Positions 55,510-64,000 of a stretch of 64,000 nucleotides of DNA are shown here, in pieces. How positions within the stretch are numbered: position 1 is the first letter of the stretch; every line of letters starts with the position of its first letter. The notes under the pieces are model-generated. The model made no database searches. It was not told the origin of the DNA and saw only the letters and a program-made list of their open reading frames with translations. Source of the stretch: an uncultured Acidobacteriota bacterium. GTDB lineage: Bacteria; Acidobacteriota; Terriglobia; Acidiferrales; UBA7541. The DNA is taken from assembly GCA_963757885.1 (NCBI GenBank), contig CAVWSS010000006.1:305500-369499 (forward strand), written 5' to 3'. The position numbers and the translations under genes are program-made.

Positions 55510-55574
55510 CCCGCCTCCCCTTCCAAACTCCGCCACCCCTCCATAAACTCCCCCGCAACATCCTCGCTTACACG

Positions 55575-55603
55575 TTGACGCCAAAACACTTTACTGTGAT
55601 AAT
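55575..55603 (+). promoter_or_regulatory. Near-consensus sigma70-type promoter for the atp operon
   Basis: TTGACG - 17 nt - GATAAT, about 105 nt upstream of atpF' ATG 55710. Confidence 0.6.
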
Positions 55604-55709
55604 CTCGCGTTTCTGAGGGCCGTTTCACCCGTTCCACGCCCTCGTCCAAGGCGCTTCCCAGCGCCGGCGTGGCGAAATTTCCGGAGGACGGCACCGCTCC
55701 AGGTTAACG

Positions 55710-56177
55710 ATGCAAGAAATTCTCCACCAACTCGCCGAGTTGTTTATCGAAGCTGTGCCCACGGTGGTCATTGTCTTCCTCTTTTACTTCTTCATGCGCT
55801 TCGTGTTCTTTAAGCCCATCATGGCGGCCATGGATGAACGCAAAAAGCGCATCGAAGGCGCCAAGGCCGAAGCCGAAAATGCTCGCGCCATCGCCGCCAC
55901 CGAGATGAACCGCTACCACGACGCCATCCGCAAAGCTCGCGGCGAAATCTACGGGGAGCAGGAAGTCCAGCGCCAGGCCATGCTCGATGAACGCGCCAAA
56001 CTACTCCGCGCTCTCCGCACACGCAATCAGGAAAACGTCGCCGCCGCCAAAGATCGCATCGCCAAGGAAGTCGAAGCCGCTCGCGCCGAAGTCCAGGCTC
56101 AGGCTCCCGCCCTCGCTACCGAAATTGCCACGGCCATCCTGGCCCACGCCGACGCCCTGCCGGAGCGCCCCCGTTGA
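55710..56177 (+). CDS. F-type ATP synthase subunit b' (second b-type stalk subunit)
   Basis: 155 aa: one N-terminal TM helix plus a long charged coiled coil. It is the first gene of the atp cluster. Confidence 0.8.
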   Translation: MQEILHQLAELFIEAVPTVVIVFLFYFFMRFVFFKPIMAAMDERKKRIEGAKAEAENARAIAATEMNRYHDAIRKARGEIYGEQEVQRQAMLDERAKLLRALRTRNQENVAAAKDRIAKEVEAARAEVQAQAPALATEIATAILAHADALPERPR

Positions 56178-56809
56178 TCCAGTTTGTTCAAACTCCCTGT
56201 GACGCTTGGCGCCCCTCTGCCTTTTTCCGGGCCTTAGCCGCCGCCTTCTCAATCGCCGCGACGGTCGCTCTCACCGCCGCCCCCGCTATCGCCCAGGAAT
56301 CCGGCGAAAATGCGCCAGCGCCCGAAAATTCCCCCATAGGCTGGGTCTTCCGCTGGCTCAATTTCGCCATCGTCTTCGGCGTCATCGCCTGGGCCCTCGC
56401 CAAGGTTGCCGGTCCGGCCTTCCGCGCCCGCACCAATCAAATCGAGGAAGCCATCTTCGAAGGCTCGCGCGCTCGCGAAGCCGCCGAAAAACAGCGGGCT
56501 GAAGCCGAGCAAAAGCTCGCCAATATCGACGCCGAAATCGCCTCCATGCACGCTCATGCGCAGCGCGAAGGTCAAGTCAACGCCGAACGCATCCGCACCG
56601 CCACCAAAGAAGAAGCCGCCAAGGTCGATAAGGCCGCCGAACTCGAAATTGCCGCCGCCGAACGTGCCGCCCGCCTCGAACTGAAGGCTCTCGCTGCCGG
56701 CCTTGCCGTCGAACGCGCCGAATCGCTCCTCCGCGACCATCTCACTCCCGAACGCGACTCCAAAATCCTCTCCGACTTCGTGGCCCGCGTGGCCGGGAGC
56801 TCCAATTGA
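56174..56809 (+). CDS. atpF: F-type ATP synthase subunit b
   Basis: 211 aa: TM (FAIVFGVIAWALA) plus an E/A/K-rich coiled coil. Its start overlaps the upstream stop. Confidence 0.8.
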   Translation: MIQFVQTPCDAWRPSAFFRALAAAFSIAATVALTAAPAIAQESGENAPAPENSPIGWVFRWLNFAIVFGVIAWALAKVAGPAFRARTNQIEEAIFEGSRAREAAEKQRAEAEQKLANIDAEIASMHAHAQREGQVNAERIRTATKEEAAKVDKAAELEIAAAERAARLELKALAAGLAVERAESLLRDHLTPERDSKILSDFVARVAGSSN

Positions 56810-57345
56810 GTCACGGAATCGCCCAGCGCTACGCCGAAGCTCTCGCCGACGTGGCCGCCGAACAGAAAAACCCCGAAATCGTTCGCACCGAGCTCGGCTG
56901 GCTTGTCGAGGCCTATCAGGATTCCGACGATTTGCGCCATTTCCTCTCCAGCCCGGCCATCAATCATGCACAAAAGCAGGCCGTCATCGATAAGCTCGCG
57001 CAAAAAATGGCCCTCAGTCAGACCATGCGCAATTTTCTTCTGGTCCTCACCGATCATCGCCGTACCGAATTAATCGAAATTATTCAGCGCGCCTTCGACG
57101 CCGAGCTAAACTCCCGCGAAGGGATCGCCGAGGCCTACGTCACGTCCGCGCGCGATCTCAACGACGCAGAAAAGCACCAGGTGTTGCAAGCCTTCGAGCA
57201 ACTGACCAAAAAGAAGATTCGCGCGCATTTCTGGACCGATCCTGCCCTCGTCGGTGGCGTCATCGTCCAAATCGGTTCCACCATTTACGATGGTTCGCTG
57301 CGCGATCAGCTCGAACGCATGCGCGAAAAGCTTTCCTTGGAATAG
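56806..57345 (+). CDS. atpH: F-type ATP synthase subunit delta (OSCP)
   Basis: 179 aa with N-terminus IAQRYAEALADVA and C-terminus GGVIVQIGSTIYDGSLRDQL. Confidence 0.9.
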   Translation: MSHGIAQRYAEALADVAAEQKNPEIVRTELGWLVEAYQDSDDLRHFLSSPAINHAQKQAVIDKLAQKMALSQTMRNFLLVLTDHRRTELIEIIQRAFDAELNSREGIAEAYVTSARDLNDAEKHQVLQAFEQLTKKKIRAHFWTDPALVGGVIVQIGSTIYDGSLRDQLERMREKLSLE

Positions 57346-57455
57346 ATATCTGAAAAACACGAAGTAAACGGAACGGCAGCGCGGTAGGGCGAAAAGCTAA
57401 GCAGCGAGACACAAGATAGAAGCGATAATCGGCGACCAAACGGTACAGGAGCACA

Positions 57456-59093
57456 ATGGCCACCATCAAAGCGGACGAAATCACTAAGGTCATACGCGAA
57501 CAAATCGAAAACTACCAGCAGACCGTCACCGTCGACGAAGTCGGCTCGGTTATCTCTGTCGGCGACGGCATCGCCCGTATTCACGGCCTCGATAAAGTCA
57601 TGGCCGGCGAAATGATCTCCTTCCCACACCACGTTACCGGCCTCGCCCTCAACCTTGAAGAAGATCAGGTCGGCGCGGTTCTCCTGGGCGAATACGAAAA
57701 AATCCGTGAAGGCGACACCGTTAAGCGCACGAAAGAAATTATGTCCGTGCCCGTCGGCGAAGCTCTTGTCGGCCGCGTGGTCAATCCACTTGGTGAGCCC
57801 GTCGACGCCCGTGGGCCTATTGCCACTACCCAGCGCAATCCCGTCGAGCGCATCGCTCCCGGCGTTGTCGACCGTCAGCCTGTCCGCGAGCCGCTGCAAA
57901 CCGGACTCAAGTCGATTGACGCCATGATTCCCATCGGCCGCGGCCAGCGCGAACTCATCATCGGCGACCGCCAGACCGGCAAAACCGCCATCATTCTCGA
58001 CACCATCATCAATCAGCGCGGCTCGGACATGATCTGCATCTACTGCGCGATCGGTCAGAAGCGCTCCACTATCGCGCAAGTCGTCAAAGTGCTCACTGAC
58101 GAAGGCGCCATGGACTACACCATCGTCGTCGCCGCCTCGGCCACCGAACCTGCCACCATGCAGTACATCGCGCCTTTTGCCGCATGCGCCATGGGCGAAT
58201 ACTTCCGGGATTCGAAGCGCCACGCTGTCACTTTCTACGACGATCTTTCCAAACACGCTCAGGCCTATCGCGAAATTTCTCTTCTTCTCCGCCGCCCGCC
58301 AGGCCGCGAGGCCTTCCCCGGCGACGTTTTCTTCCTTCACTCGCGTCTTCTCGAGCGCGCCGCCAAATTGAACGACCAGCTCGGCGCCGGCTCGCTCACT
58401 TCCCTGCCGGTCATCGAAACCCAGGCCGGTGACGTCTCCGCCTACATTCCAACCAACGTCATCTCCATCACTGACGGTCAGATCTATCTCGAGTCCGAAC
58501 TCTTCAACATCGGCGTTCGTCCGGCCGTCAACGTCGGTCTTTCCGTTTCGCGCGTCGGCGGCAATGCCCAAATCAAAGCCATGCGTCAGGTTTCCGGCCG
58601 CATGCGTCTTGACCTCGCGCAGTATCGCGATCTCGCCGCTTTCGCTCAGTTCGGCACCGAGCAACTCGACAAAGCGACTCAGGCCCAGCTACTTCGCGGC
58701 GCCCGGCTCACCGAAATTCTCAAGCAAGACCAATACAAGCCCATGCCCGTCGAAAAGGAAGTCTTGGTCATCTTCGCCGGCACCTCCGGCTACCTCGACG
58801 ATCTCGACGTTTTAGATTGCCGCCGCTTTGAATCTGAATTGCTCTCCTTTATGGACAACAATTACGGCGATCTGATGAACACTCTCCGCGAGAAAAAGGC
58901 TCTCGACGATCAGCTTCGTGCCGACTTAAAAGCTGCTCTCGATGATTTCAAGGACGCCTTCGTTCCCAGCGAAAAGACTCGGGAGGACCGGAAGGAAGAA
59001 AAGCAAGCCGAGAAAGAAGCAGCCGAAGAGAAGGCTGCCGCGGCGGAGGATGATCACCACTCCGCGGCAAAGGAACAGAGCAAAGCACACTAG
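57456..59093 (+). CDS. atpA: F-type ATP synthase subunit alpha (with ~40-aa K/E-rich C-terminal extension)
   Basis: 545 aa with Walker A GDRQTGKT. Confidence 0.95.
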   Translation: MATIKADEITKVIREQIENYQQTVTVDEVGSVISVGDGIARIHGLDKVMAGEMISFPHHVTGLALNLEEDQVGAVLLGEYEKIREGDTVKRTKEIMSVPVGEALVGRVVNPLGEPVDARGPIATTQRNPVERIAPGVVDRQPVREPLQTGLKSIDAMIPIGRGQRELIIGDRQTGKTAIILDTIINQRGSDMICIYCAIGQKRSTIAQVVKVLTDEGAMDYTIVVAASATEPATMQYIAPFAACAMGEYFRDSKRHAVTFYDDLSKHAQAYREISLLLRRPPGREAFPGDVFFLHSRLLERAAKLNDQLGAGSLTSLPVIETQAGDVSAYIPTNVISITDGQIYLESELFNIGVRPAVNVGLSVSRVGGNAQIKAMRQVSGRMRLDLAQYRDLAAFAQFGTEQLDKATQAQLLRGARLTEILKQDQYKPMPVEKEVLVIFAGTSGYLDDLDVLDCRRFESELLSFMDNNYGDLMNTLREKKALDDQLRADLKAALDDFKDAFVPSEKTREDRKEEKQAEKEAAEEKAAAAEDDHHSAAKEQSKAH

Positions 59094-59113
59094 TTCGCAT
59101 CCATAGCTGACTC

Positions 59114-59992
59114 ATGCCCACACTACTCGATTATCGGCGCCGCATCCGCTCCGTGAAAAACACCCAGCAGATCACTCGCGCCATGAAATTCATCGCCGCC
59201 GCGCGCTTTCGAAAAGCGCACGACGCAGTTCTTGGCGCGCGTCCCTATGCCCGCGAAATCTTGCGCATACTTCGCTCCGCCGTCGCGCGCATGGAAACCG
59301 TTTCCCACCCGCTCCTCGAACGCCGCAAAGAGCAGCGCATCCTGGCCATCGTTCTTTCCGGCGACCGCGGGCTCGCGGGTCCGTTCAACGCCAATGTGAT
59401 TCGCTTCTCCACTCGCTTCCTCCGCGAGAATGAATCCAAGCAGATTCAGGTCATCGCTGTCGGCCGCAAGGGCCGAGACGCTCTCCGCAAGCGCGGATTC
59501 AACATTACAGGCGACTATCTCCACGTCTCGCTGAACGTCAATTTCAGCCACGCCAAGGAAATTGGCCAGCGCATCATCGAACTCTACGAAAAAGATGAAA
59601 TCGATGCGGCCTATTTGGTCTACAACGAATTCAAGACTGTAATGACTCAGACGCTCCGTGCCGAAAAACTTCTGCCCATCGAGCCGGCTATCTTCAAATC
59701 CGATGAAAAGGAAGGCGGCGCTCCCGCTCTCGTGGACTACATCTACGAGCAGCCTCCCGCCGAAATTTTCCGCGGTCTCCTGCAGCGCTACGTCGAAAAC
59801 GAAGTCTTTCGCGTCTTGCTTGAGTCCGCTGCCGCTGAGTTTGGCGCGCGTATGTCCGCCATGGAGTCCGCCACCAAGAACGCCGGCGACCTCATCGAAA
59901 AACTCACTTTAGACATGAACAAGATTCGCCAGGCCGCCATTACTCGCGAGCTGATTGAGATTGTTAGCGGCGCGGCGTCTGCGGGTGGCTAA
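59114..59992 (+). CDS. atpG: F-type ATP synthase subunit gamma
   Basis: 292 aa with N-terminus RRIRSVKNTQQITRAMKFIAAARFRKA and C-terminus IRQAAITRELIEIVSGA. Confidence 0.95.
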   Translation: MPTLLDYRRRIRSVKNTQQITRAMKFIAAARFRKAHDAVLGARPYAREILRILRSAVARMETVSHPLLERRKEQRILAIVLSGDRGLAGPFNANVIRFSTRFLRENESKQIQVIAVGRKGRDALRKRGFNITGDYLHVSLNVNFSHAKEIGQRIIELYEKDEIDAAYLVYNEFKTVMTQTLRAEKLLPIEPAIFKSDEKEGGAPALVDYIYEQPPAEIFRGLLQRYVENEVFRVLLESAAAEFGARMSAMESATKNAGDLIEKLTLDMNKIRQAAITRELIEIVSGAASAGG

Positions 59993-60008
59993 TTTGAAAT
60001 TGCTTTGA

Positions 60009-61507
<1,499 letters not shown>

Positions 61508-61508
<1 letters not shown>

Positions 61509-61924
61509 TGCTTCCTGAACATATCAAACTCGAAGTCGTTACTCCTGCTCGCCAAGTCTTGAGCGAGCAGGTCGATGCCATTCAGCTGCCGGGTAAAGAC
61601 GGCTACCTCGGTATCCTCCCTGGCCACGCCCCCTTACTCACCGCTCTTGGCATCGGCGCCCTCTCCTATCTCAAGGGCTCCACCACCCGCTTCCTGACCA
61701 TCATGGAAGGCTACGCCGAGGTTCTCCCGGAGCGTGTCATCGTGCTTGCGGAAGTCTCTGAAAAGGCTGAGGAAATTGATGTGAATCGCGCCCGGCAGGC
61801 CGCGGATCGCGCCCAAAAGGAGCTGACTGGCGGTAACCTCGAAACTGACTGGCACTACCAGGCTCTGGCCCTCGAACGCGCCCTCGCCCGCCAGCAAGTC
61901 GCCTCCAAATCCTCGGGCCGGTAG
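61508..61924 (+). CDS. atpC: F-type ATP synthase subunit epsilon
   Basis: 138 aa with LEVVTPARQVL..LPGKDGYLGILPGHAPLLTAL. TAATG overlap with atpD. Confidence 0.92.
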
Positions 61925-61983
61925 CTAAACCACTCTAAATACTACTGTTGCGGGCTTATTGGCCGCCTCAGACCAACTCCTGG

Positions 61984-62400
61984 CTATAGCTTCTTCTTGT
62001 AGTGCACACACCGGTCTACCTCCTCAAAACCCAGCGCCTCATGCAACTTCTGCGACAGCTCGTTGTGTATCCCCGTATCCGACGCCATCTCCATACATCC
62101 CTGCTCCCTCGCCCACTCCTCCGCCGCCTCCACCAGCCTCTTCCCCACTCCCCTCCCCCTCGCCCCCTCCTCCACAAACCACCCTTCCAAAAACCCCACC
62201 GGATGCGTCTCGCACCCATCCGCGTGCGAACGCAAACTCACTTCAACAAATCCAATCAACCGATCCTCATCCTCCGCGACAAAAACCTGTCCCGGTGTCG
62301 TCGCGCTCTGCAGTTCCTCCGCAGGCGCCTCGGGCCACAACTTCCCCCGCACCGCCACGAGTTGCTCCCGATCCTTCTCGCCCGCCACCCTAATCTTCAT
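61984..62400 (-). CDS. GNAT-family N-acetyltransferase (AAC(6')-I-like pattern)
   Basis: 138 aa with LWPEAP...GFVEVSLRSHADGCETHPVGFLEGWFV..RGRGVGKRLV...ASDTGIHNELSQKLHEALGF. Confidence 0.8.
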   Translation of the reverse strand: MKIRVAGEKDREQLVAVRGKLWPEAPAEELQSATTPGQVFVAEDEDRLIGFVEVSLRSHADGCETHPVGFLEGWFVEEGARGRGVGKRLVEAAEEWAREQGCMEMASDTGIHNELSQKLHEALGFEEVDRCVHYKKKL

Positions 62401-62507
62401 GCCTTTGCCTCTAGATAGAACCGTGAGATAGAACGTGTCCCGCGTGACTTCCGCGCTCTCTCGTGCATCTTCTCTTTTCCTTTTTGATTAAACGTTTCAG
62501 GTAAAGA

Positions 62508-63695
62508 CTAGGAAGGACCAATCCCACGGGTCATCACGCCTTCAACCTTCAAATCCTCCGACAGAAAAACCAGATCAGCGTCCGCGCCCGGCGCGATCAC
62601 GCCTTTCTTTCCACCTAAGCCCAGCCGCCGCGCCGGACCCAAACTCGCCATTCGCAAAGCATCCGCCAACGGCACGCCCAACCCAACCATATGCCGCACC
62701 GCGCGATCCAGCGTCAAAGTGCTCCCCGCCAGCCGACCTTCTTCATTTCGCGCCACTCCCCCGCTAACCTTCACTGCAATTCCGCCCAGCCGGTAGTCTC
62801 CGTCAGGCATCCCGGTCGCCGCCATCCCGTCACTCACCAGCAGCACATTCTCAACTCCCTTACACGCCAGCAAAATTCGAATGGCCGCATCGTCCACATG
62901 AATGCCGTCCGCGATCAGCTCCGCCGTCACTTCCGGATTCGTCAGGATGCACCCGAGCACTCCCGTTTCCCGATGACTCAGCGGCCGCATCGCATTAAAC
63001 ACATGAACCCCATGCCGCGCTCCGCGCACCACAGCCTCTTCCGCCTGCTCGAACGTCGCATCCGTATGCCCCATCCCCACCACGACGCTGCTTCCCACTT
63101 TCGCAGCACGCGCAAAGCTAATCAGCTCCATTGCTCCCGGCAGCTCCGGTGCCAGAGTCAACATCCGCGCGCACCCTTCCGCCGCCTCCACAAATTTCTG
63201 CCACACCTCCATTGATGGCCTCGCCAACACACTCTCCGGATGCACTCCTCGTCGCACCGTACTGATGAACGGCCCTTCGAAATGGATGCCGAGAATCTCG
63301 GCGGCGGACACAGACCCAGGCCGTGCGCGGCGTGAGTCGTGAATGTGAGCGGCGATGCCGCGAACGCCGCGGCAAGTATCTTCTTCCGACGCGGAGACCG
63401 TGGTGGCCACGATCGAGGTCGTTCCGTGGCATGCAACGCTTCGGCAAATCGTATCGAGCGCCTCGGACGTTCCCTCCATCACATCGCGCCCGCCAGCACC
63501 GTGAATATGGATATCAACGAAGCCCGGCGCGACAATCATCTCGCGCGCCACCACTTCCCGTGCGCCTGATGGCACAGCGATTTCGTCGCGATGGCCCACC
63601 GCCGTGATGGTCTGATCTTCCACGACGATGATGCTGTCGCTCAGCTCCTCGTGAGAGGTCAGGATCCGATTGGAATAAATTACCTGGCTCGCCAT
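62508..63695 (-). CDS. nagA: N-acetylglucosamine-6-phosphate deacetylase
   Basis: 395 aa with GFVDIHIHGAGG, HFEGPF and HVFNAM motifs. Confidence 0.9.
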   Translation of the reverse strand: MASQVIYSNRILTSHEELSDSIIVVEDQTITAVGHRDEIAVPSGAREVVAREMIVAPGFVDIHIHGAGGRDVMEGTSEALDTICRSVACHGTTSIVATTVSASEEDTCRGVRGIAAHIHDSRRARPGSVSAAEILGIHFEGPFISTVRRGVHPESVLARPSMEVWQKFVEAAEGCARMLTLAPELPGAMELISFARAAKVGSSVVVGMGHTDATFEQAEEAVVRGARHGVHVFNAMRPLSHRETGVLGCILTNPEVTAELIADGIHVDDAAIRILLACKGVENVLLVSDGMAATGMPDGDYRLGGIAVKVSGGVARNEEGRLAGSTLTLDRAVRHMVGLGVPLADALRMASLGPARRLGLGGKKGVIAPGADADLVFLSEDLKVEGVMTRGIGPS

Positions 63696-63801
63696 GGCAG
63701 CTAAATCCTACTCGAAGTTGACCACCTTTACAGCGCCGCTTCCACGCAGGTGTCCTGCTAGGCTACAATTTGCCTGCACATAAATTGCTTAGGGAGAGCG
63801 A

Positions 63802-63972
63802 ATGTCGAACGAAAAGAACTTCATGGCGTGGAAGAGGCAGCACCGCCGCAGAAAAGTAGCGAAGGCCAAGGTGCGTGCCTATGAGCAGGGCAAAATCAAG
63901 CACGAGGATCTGTCGGCGCTAGCCAAGCGCTTTCTCTCGCGCAAATTGCGTTTTCTTACTAAGGCATCCTGA
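63802..63972 (+). CDS. Small basic protein (56 aa), unknown function
   Basis: GGGAGAG RBS + ATG 63802. Sequence: MSNEKNFMAWKRQHRRRKVAKAKVRAYEQGKIKHEDLSALAKRFLSRKLRFLTKAS*. It is below the track's 60-aa cutoff. Confidence 0.4.
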   Translation: MSNEKNFMAWKRQHRRRKVAKAKVRAYEQGKIKHEDLSALAKRFLSRKLRFLTKAS

Positions 63973-64000
63973 AGTAGCGAGTCGACAGAAGCAGATCTCG

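Noticed and set aside
57306-58664. 452-aa minus-strand ORF, plus 60060..60863 minus.
   Set aside because: They are antisense to atpA and atpD and have Gly/Asp/Ala-rich composition.

Overview
This is 64 kb of a moderately GC-rich chromosome (high-50s % GC by eye). It looks like Acidobacteriota, based on an ADOP-type duplicated permease, CarboxypepD_reg/TonB-dependent-receptor remnants, an SBBP-repeat surface protein and PilZ proteins. I call about 50 protein genes and one tRNA-Leu(UAA). I saw no rRNA, CRISPR array, transposase, integrase or phage gene. Core metabolism dominates. It includes ispH, a dispersed beta-oxidation set (acyl-CoA dehydrogenase, thiolase, FadB/FadN-like fusion), GTP-PEPCK, and a lpdA-lipB-E1alpha-E1beta-E2 2-oxoacid dehydrogenase cluster. 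It also includes a PaoABC-like periplasmic molybdo-oxidoreductase, a TetR/SDR/aldo-keto reductase patch, atpF'-F-H-A-G-D-C, a GNAT and nagA. The most interesting signal is non-coding. By eye there are 16 copies of a modular hairpin repeat: T-run + GGGTGCCCCAC + variable stem-loop + GTGGGA + one of two conserved tails. All copies are intergenic, all read on the + strand whatever the direction of flanking genes, and all lie between 8.8 and 41.8 kb. They show compensatory stem changes and wobble pairs that work only in the + sense. Secondary observations are listed here.
- Two genes are bracketed by direct repeats. One repeat is a duplicated TetR 3' end around a 3.7 kb SBBP gene.
- Single-base frameshifts interrupt the thiolase and the PaoB-like gene.
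- There are decayed TonB-receptor genes translationally coupled to an exported SAM-hydrolase-family protein.
- There is a low-GC orphan two-gene cassette.
- An arginase-fold protein has substituted metal ligands and an acidic tail.
- A PilZ gene pair is present.
All calls are from reading the sequence and ORF track. No database search was possible.
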